Origin: Coraliomargaritaceae bacterium
GTDB taxonomy: Bacteria; Verrucomicrobiota; Verrucomicrobiia; Opitutales; Coraliomargaritaceae
Assembly: GCA_965656495.1 (NCBI GenBank)
Contig: CBFHKU010000009.1
Coordinates: 18,098 to 82,097 of the forward strand
Direction: 5' to 3'
Length of the DNA: 64,000 nt
Shown: positions 12,547 through 24,505 of the stretch, piece by piece
How the letters are laid out: each line of letters begins with the position of its first letter
Numbering within the stretch: the stretch's first letter is position 1
Translations under genes and position numbers: made by a program
Notes under the pieces: model-generated
What the model was told of the DNA's origin: nothing
The model's input: the letters and a program-made list of their open reading frames with translations, nothing else
Databases searched by the model: none

Positions 12547-13790
12547 AGCCAGTAACGGCGAAAATGTTGCTGGAAATCCTGCGCCTGGCGGGACCATTGA
12601 TTCAGGAAGGGGGTCACGCGCGCGCGGTAGTCACGTGTGCTGATTTCGTTCCACCAGGCGGAACTGCCAACGTGTTTATTGAAGAGCTCGACGCGCTTAA
12701 TGGCGGCGAAGTTGTTGCCGGGTTCCCATGCGGCGGTGAGCTGCATCATATGAAAACTGACTTCGGTCGGGCGCAGGCGTTTCCAGTCGGTAACGTGAAC
12801 GTAGACGCCTTCAATTTCAGTGCCGGATTTTGTTTGGGTGCGCTTGATTTGGAATTGGAGTCCGGGAATGCGGAGGCGGGTGAGGGCGCCTTGTACTTCG
12901 GCGGCGGATTTCCCTTTATAGCGGAGGAAGCGGAAGGGGTAGGGGGTGCCGATACCGTGGCTGAAGCCGCCTTCCTGTGCGCCAAGCCCAAGCATGGCAT
13001 AACCGAGAACCGCCGCGAGATTCGGGATATAGGGGGAAGTGGGAATCCAGCGAAGTCCGGTCTCGGGCCAGAGCATGTCGCGTTTCCAGCCGCGCATCGG
13101 AATGATCGTCAGTTTGGCGCGGCGAAGCTGTTCGGGATTGACCTTCTCGGGGCGAAGCCAACCGGGCGTATTGCGTGCAATGTAGGCAATTTCTCCGATG
13201 GTGAGTCCGTGCACGTAGGGGGTGAAAATATCGCCGACGTAGGAACGCCATTCGGGATCCAGCGGCGGGCCATCCACCTTCAGTCCGCCGAGGGGGTTGG
13301 GTCGGTCGAGGACGATGACTTCAACCCCATTGGCGAAGCAGGCCTCCATGGTTCGAATCATGCAACTAACGTAGGTGTAGGAGCGGACGCCGATGTCCTG
13401 CAGGTCGATGACAATGGCATCGAGTCCCTCCAGCATGTCGTTGCTCGGCCAACGGTATTTTCCATAGAGGGAGTAGACCGGGAGGCCAGTGCGTGAGTCG
13501 ATGCGGTTGGGGATGGGTTTATTGGCTTTTTCGTCGCCGTAGATGCCGTGCTCAGGGCCAAAGAGGGCAACGAGGCGGGTATTGTTTGCGCGGCGCAGGA
13601 CATCGATGGTGCTTTGTCCGTGGCGGTTGACTCCGGCGGGGTGGGTTAGGAGTCCGATGCGCTTTCCGGCGAGCTGTCGAAATCCGTTTTCCTGAAGGAC
13701 GTCGATGCCGAGATGAATGGATTGGGCTTGAAGGAAGCCGGAGAGGAGGAGGCCAAGGATGGGGAGTGCCAGGGCGGGTAATTTAAGCAT
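12540..13790 (-). CDS. exo-beta-N-acetylmuramidase NamZ/YbbC (DUF1343) family, exported
   Basis: Signal peptide MLKLPALAL..., then [50 protein letters not shown]. Confidence 0.9.
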   Translation of the reverse strand: MLKLPALALPILGLLLSGFLQAQSIHLGIDVLQENGFRQLAGKRIGLLTHPAGVNRHGQSTIDVLRRANNTRLVALFGPEHGIYGDEKANKPIPNRIDSRTGLPVYSLYGKYRWPSNDMLEGLDAIVIDLQDIGVRSYTYVSCMIRTMEACFANGVEVIVLDRPNPLGGLKVDGPPLDPEWRSYVGDIFTPYVHGLTIGEIAYIARNTPGWLRPEKVNPEQLRRAKLTIIPMRGWKRDMLWPETGLRWIPTSPYIPNLAAVLGYAMLGLGAQEGGFSHGIGTPYPFRFLRYKGKSAAEVQGALTRLRIPGLQFQIKRTQTKSGTEIEGVYVHVTDWKRLRPTEVSFHMMQLTAAWEPGNNFAAIKRVELFNKHVGSSAWWNEISTRDYRARVTPFLNQWSRQAQDFQQHFRRYWLY

Positions 13791-14439
13791 CGTCTTTAGG
13801 CGTAGTAGGTGAGGGTTTGGAATTACGGAGCTGTTCGATCTTATGATGGAGTCGTTGATAGCTGGCGGTGGTGCGCTTGGCAATGAAACGGTAAAGGCTC
13901 CCTGCGACGGCGCCAAGAAAAGTTCCGATAATCACACCGCCGAGCGTTGTGACTGAAAAGACGGAAAGTAGGGTGTCGAGATTGTTGCCCCAGTTGCCGG
14001 TAAAGAAGTTGTGTATGAGCGCATCAATTTCATTTTTACCAAAGGGACTGGTCTCAATGGCGAGCAAGCCGAGTGTCATGCGTCCGATTTGATAGAGGGC
14101 AAACCAAATGGGGAGGACGGTGAAGGGATTGGTTATAAGTTGAAGTCCGGCGAGGATGGGGAGGTTTGCCCGCATGAACAGAGCGAGCAAGAGTGCCAGT
14201 GGTATTTGGAGGCCATAGATGGGTAAGAGGGTGAGAATACAGCCAACACGTAGGGCCGGAACCGCCTGCTCCGGACGAAAGCTCCAAAGGTAGATCCGTT
14301 GGCGCGCCGCCTTCGCAAACCAATTGAGCACGGGGTAGCGGTGAAGATTGGCGCGTCTTGGAAGGGGTCGCAGCCAACGCTTGAGGCGACGGATCCGGCG
14401 CCGCTTCTCTTCAAACAAGCGATGGGATTCGTTTGTCAT
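13783..14439 (-). CDS. DUF2062-family membrane protein
   Basis: Basic N-terminus, then LW...LPIYGLQ...RANLP...ITNPFT and several TM segments. Confidence 0.75.
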   Translation of the reverse strand: MTNESHRLFEEKRRRIRRLKRWLRPLPRRANLHRYPVLNWFAKAARQRIYLWSFRPEQAVPALRVGCILTLLPIYGLQIPLALLLALFMRANLPILAGLQLITNPFTVLPIWFALYQIGRMTLGLLAIETSPFGKNEIDALIHNFFTGNWGNNLDTLLSVFSVTTLGGVIIGTFLGAVAGSLYRFIAKRTTASYQRLHHKIEQLRNSKPSPTTPKDDA

Positions 14440-14480
14440 GGAGAAGCGGTCACAATGCTGCGCGGCGACAAGGGTGGGTG

Positions 14481-16244
14481 CTAGCGTTGCTCCTGTCCGG
14501 TTTTTGCGTCGATGATCTTGAAGTTTTCGACGTGGTAGACCGGGTCGGCACGGAAGGCGAGTTTGACGCCGTAGGATTGTTCGATTTCCAGAAGCAGGTG
14601 CTCGTCCTCATTGCGCAGGCGCTCGAGGTTGGAGGGATGCAGGAGGATGCGAAGGCTGATTTCTTCGTCGACTCCATCGCGTGCCCGCAGGTGGCGAATG
14701 ACGCTGATGAGACGGCGCTGGATTTCGACGCTCATGGTGCGGGAGGATTTGACGGAGCCGCGGCCGTTGCAATAGGGGCAATCGACGTTGGTGCCACTGG
14801 AATGGCTCTCGCTGTGACGTTGGCGTGTCATCTGCATGATCCCAAGGGTTGAGATGGGCAGGATTTGACTCTTGGCTTTATCGCCGGCCATTTCGCGGCG
14901 CATGCGCTGTAGGACCGAGTTGCGGTCTTTTTTGGATTTCATGTCGATGAAATCCATAATGACGAGTCCGCCGATATTGCGCAGACGGATTTGGCGGGCG
15001 ATCTCGGTGGCGGCTTCCAGATTGACCTGAAGGATAAAGTTTTTGCCGTCTTTATTCTTGTTTTTGTGGGCGCCGGTATTGACGTCGATCGAGATGAGGG
15101 CCTCGGTTTCTTCGATGACAATTTCGCCGCCGGAGGGAAGGGGTACGCAACGCATATACGTTTGCTGTATTTGGCGTTCGATATTGAACCGCTCAAAGAC
15201 GGGGATGTCATCTTTGAAGAGTTGGATTTTTGACTTCGAGCGGGGTGAGATTTTTATCACCTCTTCCATGACGCGGTCGTAGTCCTCTTTTTTATCAACG
15301 AGGACGCGGTCCACTTCCTCGGTGAGGAAATCGCGCACAGTCCGCCCGACGAGATCGGGCTCAACGTAGAGGCAGGTGGGTTTGCGTGCGGCGTCCATTC
15401 GCTCGGTGATCCCTTCCCAGCGCTTGAGGAGGATGTGGATATCGCGAATGAAATAGCGGGCTTTTTTTCCTTCACCGGCGGTGCGAATGATAACGCCCAT
15501 TCCCTCGGGAAGGGTGAGTTCGCGGAGAATACCCTTGAGGCGTGAGCGTTCCTTCTTGTCTTCGATCTTACGAGAGATGCCCATTGTACCGGCGTAGGGC
15601 ATCAGGACGAGGAAACGCCCCGGCAGTGCAATATTGGTGGTGGTGCGCGGGCCTTTGGTGCCGATTTGTCCTTTGGTTATTTGGAGGACAATTTCGCTGC
15701 CGATTGGATAGAGCTTGGGGATATCCTTGGTGGTGATTTTTTCCTGCTCTCTTTTGCGCTGCTTGTCGGATTTGTTGTCGCGCACCACTTCAATGGTGCT
15801 GTCGTTGGCGGCGGGCAGGATGTCCCAGTAATGAAGGAAGGCGTTTTTCGGCTGCCCGATATCAACGAAGGCGGCTTTGAGGCCGTGCTCGAGGTTTTGG
15901 ATGCGCCCCTTGAAGATGGCGCCTACTTCGCGTGCGTCTCCGGCGCGCTCCACCTCGAATTTCTCAAGGACGCCGTCTTTTAATTGGGCGACGCGCTTTT
16001 CGAGTGGCTCGGAGTTGATGATGAGTTCCGAATAGGCCTTATCTTCTTTTTTGATGGCCTTGATGATACGGCTGACAAGCGGTTGTTTCTTAGCGCGCTT
16101 GGCAGCGGCGTCGCGAAGTTCCCTAGGGTTGATTCGCTCTGCTTTTTCCTCCGCGGGCGGAGTGGTCAGGTCTTGATCGTAGTTATCGCCACTGGGCTGT
16201 TCGTTGTTGTTGTCGTTGGAATGGATGGTGTTTGATTCTTGCAT
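14481..16244 (-). CDS. rne: ribonuclease E/G family protein
   Basis: S1 region (GRIQNL...AAFVDIG), [52 protein letters not shown] zinc link. Confidence 0.93.
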   Translation of the reverse strand: MQESNTIHSNDNNNEQPSGDNYDQDLTTPPAEEKAERINPRELRDAAAKRAKKQPLVSRIIKAIKKEDKAYSELIINSEPLEKRVAQLKDGVLEKFEVERAGDAREVGAIFKGRIQNLEHGLKAAFVDIGQPKNAFLHYWDILPAANDSTIEVVRDNKSDKQRKREQEKITTKDIPKLYPIGSEIVLQITKGQIGTKGPRTTTNIALPGRFLVLMPYAGTMGISRKIEDKKERSRLKGILRELTLPEGMGVIIRTAGEGKKARYFIRDIHILLKRWEGITERMDAARKPTCLYVEPDLVGRTVRDFLTEEVDRVLVDKKEDYDRVMEEVIKISPRSKSKIQLFKDDIPVFERFNIERQIQQTYMRCVPLPSGGEIVIEETEALISIDVNTGAHKNKNKDGKNFILQVNLEAATEIARQIRLRNIGGLVIMDFIDMKSKKDRNSVLQRMRREMAGDKAKSQILPISTLGIMQMTRQRHSESHSSGTNVDCPYCNGRGSVKSSRTMSVEIQRRLISVIRHLRARDGVDEEISLRILLHPSNLERLRNEDEHLLLEIEQSYGVKLAFRADPVYHVENFKIIDAKTGQEQR

Positions 16245-16324
16245 GGCTTGGGAGTTTCCCGGGTTGAATGGGAGGTTGCCACGTCTCTGAAGTTTTTACT
16301 CATAGGTCGGATACTGGCATGTGG

Positions 16325-17581
16325 TCAGGTGTAGTCCTTGCGGTGCCTGTAAATACTTTGTATTAGACCTTGGAGAAAGAAACAGCTCAAGACGAAGGAA
16401 CCTCCGTAGCTTAAAAAGGGAAGCGGTAGTCCGGTGATAGGAGTAATGCCAATTGTCATACCAATATTGATAAAGAAATGGATGAGGAAGAGGACACTCA
16501 CGCCGCAGGCGAGGTGCATTCCAAATCTGTCTTTAGCAAGTCCGGCGATACGGATGCCGTTGGAAACAAGGATGGCAAAGAGCCCTACAATGAAGACGCT
16601 TCCAAGAAAACCAGTTTCTTCCGCGATTACGGAGAAAATGAAGTCGTTGTGTGCAACCGCCTTTGGCAGATAACCGAGTTGTGCCTGGGTGCCTTCGAAG
16701 AGGCCTTTCCCGGTGGCACCGCCGGTGGCGGCTGATATCTTTGCTTGCATGGCATTCCAGCTTGCGCCAGTGCCATTTGGATCGACAACCTTTGGTGCAA
16801 CAAAGGTGAGGATCCGGTTACGTTGATAATTATGGATGGGTAGGATGGAACGGTAGGCCTCGGCGGAAACAGCGCTAGAGTCGCTTTGTTTGATGAGGCG
16901 TGCGCGTTCGAGGTGCTGGCTGTAGGCGTAAATGTCAATACCGACGACTGACACAGCGAGCATAAATATGGCGAATGCACCGAGGAAGAATTTCCCTGAA
17001 AGGCGGGAAATATATAGAAGTGCAAAAATCATAGGTGGAAAAACAAGCGATGAGCCTAGATCAGGCTGCATAAAAATCAACCACATAGGTAACAAAAAAA
17101 TAAGGGCGACTTTGGCAATAACGAGGATCGATTCACTGATGGAGCCGACCTTGGAGCGTGCCAGAATGCTGGATGCCATGATGAGGGTGCCGATTTTGGC
17201 AGCCTCGGTGGGTTGCACGGTGGTGATCCCAAGGTCAACCCAGCGTCGCGCTCCCATCATTTCGACGCTGAACGGGCTTTCGGGTCGGGCGAGCAGGAGG
17301 CCAGCGATGCCGAGGGCATAGAGGATATGGGCGTAGGACAGGAAGATTTTGTAATTTGCAACTGCAACGATTGCGTAGGTACAAAAACCGAGGAGGGTCC
17401 AGACGATTTGTTTCTGCCAATCATTGCCGGTGTGGGATACCTGTGCCGAGAAGATAAAGAGTATGCCTGCGGCGCAAAGTAGGGCAATCGCCAGTGGGTT
17501 AATCCAGTCCATGCGAGAGAGCCGACCCGCTCCTGCGAGGTTTTGATGGTCTTGGCTGAATCGTTGGCTGCTGGCTCGCAT
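16325..17581 (-). CDS. rodA: SEDS-family peptidoglycan polymerase RodA/FtsW
   Basis: [55 protein letters not shown]. Confidence 0.9.
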   Translation of the reverse strand: MRASSQRFSQDHQNLAGAGRLSRMDWINPLAIALLCAAGILFIFSAQVSHTGNDWQKQIVWTLLGFCTYAIVAVANYKIFLSYAHILYALGIAGLLLARPESPFSVEMMGARRWVDLGITTVQPTEAAKIGTLIMASSILARSKVGSISESILVIAKVALIFLLPMWLIFMQPDLGSSLVFPPMIFALLYISRLSGKFFLGAFAIFMLAVSVVGIDIYAYSQHLERARLIKQSDSSAVSAEAYRSILPIHNYQRNRILTFVAPKVVDPNGTGASWNAMQAKISAATGGATGKGLFEGTQAQLGYLPKAVAHNDFIFSVIAEETGFLGSVFIVGLFAILVSNGIRIAGLAKDRFGMHLACGVSVLFLIHFFINIGMTIGITPITGLPLPFLSYGGSFVLSCFFLQGLIQSIYRHRKDYT

Positions 17582-17606
17582 GGCTCCGGGGAAAATCCTT
17601 CAAGTT

Positions 17607-18068
17607 TTAGTTGATATCACCGAGGTAGCATTTTTCAGCGATAAAACCATTGGCGGTGAAAAAAGATTTGATGACATCGGGAAGCAGACGACATTCTTTG
17701 ATTTGGGTGAGCGGAATCCACTCGAGGCCAATTTGCTTTTTGTCATGTTCGGTTCCGGTACCAAAACCCTCAATGGTTTGAAGCGTGCAATGAAAGATGC
17801 ATTCAACCTGGTGGAAATTGGCATGACTGGCGCGAAAGGCGTGGTTTTTTCCGATGTATTCACGAATGTAGGCAAATTCGCCGATTTCAATCGGGACGCC
17901 GATTTCCTCCTGTGCTTCCCGTGCGAGGGCTTGATGGAGGGTTTCGCCGTGTTGCTGACCACCGCCGGGAAGGATATAGAAGACCCCGCTGGAGTCGCGC
18001 ATTTTGATGGTAAGGAGTTTGCCATCTTCGATGATGAGGGCTCGTGCGGCAGTTCGTATATGGGTCAT
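17607..18068 (-). CDS. NUDIX hydrolase
   Basis: Nudix box [25 protein letters not shown]. Confidence 0.9.
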   Translation of the reverse strand: MTHIRTAARALIIEDGKLLTIKMRDSSGVFYILPGGGQQHGETLHQALAREAQEEIGVPIEIGEFAYIREYIGKNHAFRASHANFHQVECIFHCTLQTIEGFGTGTEHDKKQIGLEWIPLTQIKECRLLPDVIKSFFTANGFIAEKCYLGDIN

Positions 18069-18195
18069 GGGATGAGCAATGGATTAAAATGGGAAAGGCA
18101 CAAGACTCAAGCCTTTGAAATAGTAAGATAAAAAAATGAAGTTGAATTTTCGTGTCTTTACTTAGCTGCCTTGAAGGGCTTAGTTGTAACGCGTA

Positions 18196-19545
18196 ATGAT
18201 AGAGGAGGTAAAAAGCACGGAAGCAGAGGTCCGGCAATTGATTGCCGGGCAACGCTACCCTGCGGTGGTCGCGGCGCTTGAGAGCTGGGCGGATCCCGAG
18301 ATTGCAGACCTGCTGATCAATCTGGAAAAGGGACAGGAAATGCTCGTCTATCGCGCCCTCCCGAGGCAACGGGCTGCGGATGTATTTTCGTATCTTGAAC
18401 CAGAGGCACAGGATGATTTCCTGAAGGCTTTGACGGATGCAGACACCCGAAGCCTTCTGGCGAATTTGAGTCCGGATGACCGTACCGCACTGTTGCAGGA
18501 ATTGCCGGCACAGGTGACGCGGCGTTTGATGCAATTGTTGGGGCCGGAGGATTTGGCGGAATCGCGCCAATTGCTGGGTTATCCGGAAGAAAGCGTGGGA
18601 CGTTTGATGACGCCCGACTATATCCGGATTCGGGCGGAATGGACGGTTGGCATCGCCTTGGAACACATACGCAAATACGGGCGCGATTCGGAGATTTTCA
18701 ATATACTTTATGTGACAGATGGGAATGGCAAGTTGGTTGATATAGTTCGTATGCGCCGTTTGATCATGGCTCCACTGGATCGGGCGATTGGAGACATGTT
18801 GAATTACAACTGCGTGAGCATCTCAGCTTTTGAGGATCGCGAGGTGGCGGTTGAAATGATTCAGCGCTACGACGTGAGTGCGCTGCCGGTGGTGGATTCG
18901 GATGGCGTGATTGTGGGCATCGTCACGGTGGACGATATCATGGACGTGGCGGAGGAGGAAACCACGGAGGACATTCAGAAGAGTGTGGCGATGGCACCGT
19001 TGGAGACGAAATACAGCATGGCGGCGCCCTTACAATTGTTCCGCAAGCGGATTGTATGGCTCCTTGTTTTGATTTTCGTGAACCTGATCTCGGCCGCAGT
19101 CATATCGAGTTACGAGGAGTATGTGATGGAGTTCATCACGCTGGCTCTCTTTATGCCATTGGTGATTGCGGGTGGTGGTAATTGCGGGGCGCAGTCTTCT
19201 ACCCTGATGGTGCGCGCGATTGCGACGGGGGATCTTGAATTGAAAGATTGGCTCAGCGCTACCGGAAAAGAAGTATTTGTTGGGCTGATGCTGGGTGCTG
19301 CGATGGCGGTCATTGCCGGCCTTATGAGCCAGGTTTATGGCGGCGACAGCCGGATCGCTTGGGTGGTCGGCCTGAGTATGACGTTAATCGTGTTCTCGGC
19401 GAACACCTTCGGCGCTTTGTTGCCATTTATCCTGAGCCGCTTGCGGGTGGATCCTGCGACTGCGAGCACGCCCTTGATCACCTCGGTGATGGATGTGCTG
19501 GGGCTGATTATCTACTTCGGCGTTGCGGTGCTGGTCTTGGGCTAG
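18196..19545 (+). CDS. mgtE: magnesium transporter MgtE
   Basis: [14 protein letters not shown] pair, [29 protein letters not shown]. Confidence 0.96.
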   Translation: MIEEVKSTEAEVRQLIAGQRYPAVVAALESWADPEIADLLINLEKGQEMLVYRALPRQRAADVFSYLEPEAQDDFLKALTDADTRSLLANLSPDDRTALLQELPAQVTRRLMQLLGPEDLAESRQLLGYPEESVGRLMTPDYIRIRAEWTVGIALEHIRKYGRDSEIFNILYVTDGNGKLVDIVRMRRLIMAPLDRAIGDMLNYNCVSISAFEDREVAVEMIQRYDVSALPVVDSDGVIVGIVTVDDIMDVAEEETTEDIQKSVAMAPLETKYSMAAPLQLFRKRIVWLLVLIFVNLISAAVISSYEEYVMEFITLALFMPLVIAGGGNCGAQSSTLMVRAIATGDLELKDWLSATGKEVFVGLMLGAAMAVIAGLMSQVYGGDSRIAWVVGLSMTLIVFSANTFGALLPFILSRLRVDPATASTPLITSVMDVLGLIIYFGVAVLVLG

Positions 19546-19566
19546 CCTGCGCTGCGTGGGGCCGGG

Positions 19567-20532
19567 CTATTGAAGCCACTGGTGCCATTTTTTGCGATAG
19601 TCCTTGATGTTGAACTGATTGATTATCTGAGGCTCGGTTTCCATGCGGGGCGAATCGGGGAATTTGTCATTGTGCAGGCGCTCAACCAGAGTTTCGACGC
19701 TCATGCGTCCCCATTCATAATAAGGGTGTACTACGAGGGCGTTCAAATAGCCCTGGTCGATGTGGATGAAGGCGGTGGGGGATGATTGAATCGCAACGGA
19801 GGGGCGTTCTCCCGCTTTCCAAGGGTAGGCGGGCATGCCAATGAGGGGCCAGTCATCGAGGAAAATCCATCCGTTGATGAGGTCGTTACGGTCTTTGTCC
19901 TCGGCGTTGCGGATTGCCTCAATCGCTGAGAAATAATTGGGTTCGCATTGTACGATGGCTTCGATGGCTTTGTAGCCAATGGCGTTGCGGACCCCGCGCA
20001 GGCGTTCTTTTTGGGCGAGGTTGGGGTTGGTGGCCATGAGGATCGCAATGCGCGCGCGCGAGGGTAGATATTCCTTGATGGTTTGCCCCGCGAGCAAACC
20101 AGCTTTGTATTCATCTGCGACAATTGCGGCGAGCGGATTAAAATCCTCAAGTTCTGTTTCAAAGAATATTATTTTTTGCCCCTGTTCCTGAGCAAAGCGA
20201 ATCGCGGAGTGCGTGGTGGATTCGGTGCCCGGGCTAATGATGATACCGTCCGCATTGTTGATAAAAAGTTTGCTGAGCGAACTTTCCTGATCTTGCCCCA
20301 GCGAGCTGTCCGGGGTCAGGACGACCACCTCAACATCAATGGAATCTCGTTTACTGATGGCATGTGCGGCATCCATCGCCCCGAGTTGGGTCGCCTGGTA
20401 AATGCTGTCTTCCCGGTCTTGTCCTACGATTCCAATACGGTATTCGCCCAGCATCTCGCGGTTCTGCGCAAAAACACAGGAGGCGATCAGCAGGGATGAG
20501 GTGGCTAAAAATTGGAGACGTGAAAGCAACAT
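19567..20532 (-). CDS. periplasmic sugar-binding-like protein (RbsB/type 1 PBP fold)
   Basis: Signal peptide; GAMDAA, ADGIIISP, DEYKAG, ERLRGV, PYYEWGRMSV; no ABC permease or ATPase adjacent. Confidence 0.75.
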   Translation of the reverse strand: MLLSRLQFLATSSLLIASCVFAQNREMLGEYRIGIVGQDREDSIYQATQLGAMDAAHAISKRDSIDVEVVVLTPDSSLGQDQESSLSKLFINNADGIIISPGTESTTHSAIRFAQEQGQKIIFFETELEDFNPLAAIVADEYKAGLLAGQTIKEYLPSRARIAILMATNPNLAQKERLRGVRNAIGYKAIEAIVQCEPNYFSAIEAIRNAEDKDRNDLINGWIFLDDWPLIGMPAYPWKAGERPSVAIQSSPTAFIHIDQGYLNALVVHPYYEWGRMSVETLVERLHNDKFPDSPRMETEPQIINQFNIKDYRKKWHQWLQ

Positions 20533-20622
20533 TATAAAAAAACTGCCCTGAAACAGAGCATTAAAAATAAATGACTGCAGCGCGGGTATTGCCAGTCTTT
20601 TTTGGCCTTGGCTCGCGATCTA

Positions 20623-21819
20623 TCAGGCTTCGACGATATAGGTATGCGTCTCGCCGTCGTGAGTGATGCTCAGATGATTGCGGGCATCTGCCTCGGTGCT
20701 TGCTTCGGTGTAGCCGATTTCGCGTGCCGGGATTCCGTGACTTTCTGAGAGGGTAATGATTTCGGGAACGGCTGCGGGTTCACAGTATATTTCCATGCGG
20801 TGCCCCATGTTGTAGACTCGGAACATTTCTTCCGCGCTCGTATTGCTGGCTTTTTGAATCGCTTCAAAAACGGGGGGTACGGGGAGCAAATTGTTTTTGA
20901 CGAAGTGAACGCCGGAGCCAAAGCGCAGGCATTTTGTTTGGCCGCCGCCGGAGCAATGCACCAAACCGCGCACCGACGGACGGTGTGCCTCGAGGAGGTC
21001 GCGGATGACCGGGGCGTAGGTACGGGTGGGGCTCAGCAGGGCCTCGCCAACGCTCAGTTTGGATCCCGGCAAGGGGTCCTCCATTTTGTAGGGCCCGCAA
21101 TACAAAAGCGCCGGATCGGTGCGCGGGTCACAGGTCTCGGGGTATTTTTCCAAATAGTAAGGTGCCAGCAAATCGTGGCGTGCGCTGGTGAGTCCATTGC
21201 TGCCGATCCCGGAATTTTCAAAATCCTCGTAGTTTGCCTGACCGGCGGAGGCGAGGCCAACAATCGCAAGGCCGGGGCGAATGTTGGCATTGTCGATGAC
21301 GGCGTTGCGGGGCATCACAGCAACCGCGCAGGAATCAACGGTTGCGGTTCCGGTTAGGTCACCCACGTCGGCGGTTTCACCACCACCACTCACCACGCCT
21401 ACGCCGTATTCGCGGAGTCGTTTGAGGAAATCCTCGGTGCCGGAAATAAGTGCGCCGAGAGCCTCGGCGGTAATGGCGCGGGCGTTGCGGTTAATGGTGC
21501 TGGAAATGAGGATCCCATCGATGGCGCCGATGCAGAGGAGGTCGTCGATATTCATCACGAGGCTGTCCTGGGCGGTTTTACGGAATGCCGAAGGGTCACC
21601 GGTCTCGCGGTAGTGGAGGTAGGCGAGGGTGCTTTTTGTGCCGGAACCATCGGCATGAATGACCGCGCATTTGGTGGGGTCGCCCGTCAGGACGTCGGGG
21701 CCGATTTTGCAGAAGGCGCCCGGGAAAATTCCGCGGTCGAGGTGATCGACGACGGCGTGCACTTCTGATTTTGAAGAGGAGACGCCGCGTTGGGCGTAGC
21801 GATCGGAGGCAGAACTCAT
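20623..21819 (-). CDS. purM: phosphoribosylformylglycinamidine cyclo-ligase (AIR synthetase)
   Basis: [64 protein letters not shown]. Confidence 0.93.
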   Translation of the reverse strand: MSSASDRYAQRGVSSSKSEVHAVVDHLDRGIFPGAFCKIGPDVLTGDPTKCAVIHADGSGTKSTLAYLHYRETGDPSAFRKTAQDSLVMNIDDLLCIGAIDGILISSTINRNARAITAEALGALISGTEDFLKRLREYGVGVVSGGGETADVGDLTGTATVDSCAVAVMPRNAVIDNANIRPGLAIVGLASAGQANYEDFENSGIGSNGLTSARHDLLAPYYLEKYPETCDPRTDPALLYCGPYKMEDPLPGSKLSVGEALLSPTRTYAPVIRDLLEAHRPSVRGLVHCSGGGQTKCLRFGSGVHFVKNNLLPVPPVFEAIQKASNTSAEEMFRVYNMGHRMEIYCEPAAVPEIITLSESHGIPAREIGYTEASTEADARNHLSITHDGETHTYIVEA

Positions 21820-21839
21820 AAGATGGGTGGTATGCGCTT

Positions 21840-22490
21840 TTAAATGATGGAAGGATTCGGTGCTTGCAACGCCTCAATGTGTTTCATGATTCGACGGGAA
21901 GCTTCAAGATAACGTTCGGGATGTTCGGGTCCGGGGTCAATCGTTTCGCTTGAAATCGGTGCACCGTAAACAATATCGATTGGGCCTCCGATGGAGGGGG
22001 TTTTGCGGTGCCGTCCATAAGCTTCATAGGTTCCGAAGAGCCGGGTGGGGATCACGGTGGCGCGGGATTTACAGGCAATCATACCGGCACCGGGTTTGGG
22101 GGGGAGGAGGGCGCCGTCGTTGGAGCGGGTGCCTTCAGGGTAAATCGCAACCGCACCTTCCTTTTTCAGAGCTTTGAAGATTGCCTTGAGTGAGCGGATG
22201 TCGGCGTTGTCGCGTGACACCGGGATGGTGTCGAGGGCGAGCAGGTATTTGCCGAACCAGCCCCGGTAGAGCGTGTCGCGGGCGAAATAATTGATTTGGC
22301 GCGGGATGCGTGCGCCGATCGCGGGGGGATCGAAAAAACTGACATGATTGGCGGCGAATATGACACTGCCTTGCAAGGGGATATTCCCGGCGCCATGGTT
22401 TTCAAAATCATAGCAGGTGCTGAAGAACCAATCCGCGAGGATTCGAGTGGCTTCATAGAGCGGGGGTATGGGGATGTTGCGATCAGTCAT
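21840..22490 (-). CDS. plsC: 1-acyl-sn-glycerol-3-phosphate acyltransferase
   Basis: NHVSFFD (HxxxxD) and YPEGTRS motifs; ATG at 22490 overlaps the cmk stop. Confidence 0.92.
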   Translation of the reverse strand: MTDRNIPIPPLYEATRILADWFFSTCYDFENHGAGNIPLQGSVIFAANHVSFFDPPAIGARIPRQINYFARDTLYRGWFGKYLLALDTIPVSRDNADIRSLKAIFKALKKEGAVAIYPEGTRSNDGALLPPKPGAGMIACKSRATVIPTRLFGTYEAYGRHRKTPSIGGPIDIVYGAPISSETIDPGPEHPERYLEASRRIMKHIEALQAPNPSII

Positions 22491-23151
22491 TGGAGGGATG
22501 GATGTGTTCGCAGATGAGTTCAACGACTGCTTCAAGTGAGTGCGGGCCGGTGTCGATTTTAACTGCGTGCTCTGGGCATGTGAGGGGAGCGGTCTTTCGG
22601 TTAGAATCGATTTGGTCGCGTTGGGAGATGGAATCGGTGAGCCCTTCTTTGGCGCGCCGTGCCGCGCGGGTTTCGGCGTCCGCATGCAGGAAGAAACAAA
22701 AATCGGCGTCGGGGAAAATGACGGAGCCGATGTCGCGACCTTCCATGACTAAGCCGGGAAAATTTTTTTCACGGGCGAGCTGAGCTTGATTGCGCTGGTA
22801 TTGAAAGAGAAAATCCCGGACTTCCGGCAGGGCGGCGATCAGGGAGACTGCGGCGTTGACTTGGGGTGAACGGATGTCGCTTTCTTCCGGAACGCAGCCA
22901 TTGACCGCGAGTTGTGCGCTGGAATCAAGGAGGCGGGTTTCGACCGCAAGGGATTGCAGTAGGGCGGGGATTTGCTTGGGGCAATTCGGATCAGCGCCTG
23001 CCTCTAGGAGGGCATGGGTAAGGGTGCGGTAATGGGCGCCGGTATTGACATGCATGAGGCCCAGACGCGCGGAGAGGGCGCGCGCGGTGGATGATTTCCC
23101 GGTGGCGGCGCCACCATCGATCGCCACGATTATAAAGGAGGCATCATTCAT
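22483..23151 (-). CDS. cmk: cytidylate kinase
   Basis: IAIDGGAATGKS-type P-loop, TGAHYR, MEGRDIGSVIFPDA, RDQID...APL; ATG at 23151. Confidence 0.94.
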   Translation of the reverse strand: MNDASFIIVAIDGGAATGKSSTARALSARLGLMHVNTGAHYRTLTHALLEAGADPNCPKQIPALLQSLAVETRLLDSSAQLAVNGCVPEESDIRSPQVNAAVSLIAALPEVRDFLFQYQRNQAQLAREKNFPGLVMEGRDIGSVIFPDADFCFFLHADAETRAARRAKEGLTDSISQRDQIDSNRKTAPLTCPEHAVKIDTGPHSLEAVVELICEHIHPSND

Positions 23152-24505
23152 GGCGCAGGCTTTCAAGGGTTTGGAAGAAGTCGGGGAAGGTTTTGCCACA
23201 GCAGGCGGGGTCTTGGATTGCGAGCCAGGGTTGTCCGTCTTCGAGGAGGTCGTAGGTCCCAAGAATTGCAAAGCTCATGGCGAAACGATGATCCTCGTAA
23301 GTCTCGATTTCAAGCAGTTGGTTTTTTGCACGCGCTTCGCTGGCGCGTTGTTTCAGGGCGTCAAGATCCGGTGTGATAGTGAGGCTGTCGTCGGTTTCGC
23401 TGACGGCTTGACCCAGTTTCTGTAATTCACGCGCCATTCCGGCGGGTCGATCGGTTTCCTGTTTGCGGGTATGGGCGATTCCTTTGATCGATATTGCTGC
23501 GCCGAGTAGGGGGGATAGGGCGGCGTAGGTGAGGAAGGTGTCGGAGAAGTTGGCGAAGTCGATCGCGGTGGCTTGCTGAGGAAAGGCAGTGAGAGATTTC
23601 CCCCGGGCGATCCAATCGGAGGCGTTTTGCTGGACTTCAAGCCCGAGCGGTTGGAGCACCTCGACAAAGCGGGCGTCGCCCTGAAGGGGTTCGGGGCTGA
23701 GCTTGGGGATTTGTAGGCTGCCTCCGTGGAGGGCGGTGAGGGCAAGGAAATAACTGGCTGCGGACAGGTCGGGTTCAATGGAATAAAAGCCTCCCTCCGG
23801 GACGGTGTAATGCACTGCGGGGAGGAGATAGGCGCCGACTTCGTCGGGCGCTGCGGGGTCCGCTCCAAATGCCTGTCGAACCGCGAGCGTAATGCCAATG
23901 TAGGCGGGGCGCACATGCGGTGCGATAAACTGGACATTGGCGGGGCCTGCGGGTGCAGCCATCAAGAGGGCCGACAGGATTTGACTGCTGGCGGAGGCGT
24001 CCACCGCAACCGCGCCACCCTTGAAACCCTGCGTGTGCATCGTAAAGGGGAAATGTCCGGGTTTTTCGTGGAATTCAAATCTTGCCGCACCATTTTCAGT
24101 CAAGGCCTTGAGGAGGCCAAAGATTGGGCGTTCACGCATCGCGGGGTCACCATCGAGGGTGTAGCATCCGCCTGCTTCAATTGCCAGCAGGGCAGTCAGG
24201 AAACGGGCGGCGGTTCCGGCGTTGCCGACCTCGAGGCGTGCGGTTTTTTTTGGGATGCGACCGCCTTCTCCTTGCAAGCGAATCGAGCAGGTGTCCGGAT
24301 CTGCTTGGATTTTAAAACCGAGGGTTTCAAGCGCTTCCAGCATGATGTGCGTATCGCGACTGAAGAGGGCGCCCTCGAGGCGGGTTTCACCTTGTGACAA
24401 AGCCGCGAGAATGAGGGCGCGATTCGTGATGCTTTTGGAGCCGGGCAGGCGAAGGGTTCCCTCAATCGGACGGGCAAAGGGCGTGATTGGCAAAGGGTCA
24501 ATCAT
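23144..24505 (-). CDS. aroA: 3-phosphoshikimate 1-carboxyvinyltransferase (EPSP synthase)
   Basis: PGSKSITNR, GNAGTAARF, SSQILSALL, RKQETDR, DHRFAMSF, KTFPDFF. Confidence 0.96.
   Translation of the reverse strand: MIDPLPITPFARPIEGTLRLPGSKSITNRALILAALSQGETRLEGALFSRDTHIMLEALETLGFKIQADPDTCSIRLQGEGGRIPKKTARLEVGNAGTAARFLTALLAIEAGGCYTLDGDPAMRERPIFGLLKALTENGAARFEFHEKPGHFPFTMHTQGFKGGAVAVDASASSQILSALLMAAPAGPANVQFIAPHVRPAYIGITLAVRQAFGADPAAPDEVGAYLLPAVHYTVPEGGFYSIEPDLSAASYFLALTALHGGSLQIPKLSPEPLQGDARFVEVLQPLGLEVQQNASDWIARGKSLTAFPQQATAIDFANFSDTFLTYAALSPLLGAAISIKGIAHTRKQETDRPAGMARELQKLGQAVSETDDSLTITPDLDALKQRASEARAKNQLLEIETYEDHRFAMSFAILGTYDLLEDGQPWLAIQDPACCGKTFPDFFQTLESLRHE

Noticed and set aside
16160..16303. 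Short out-of-frame upstream ORF overlapping the rne start
   Set aside because: No recognisable features or other support; likely chance
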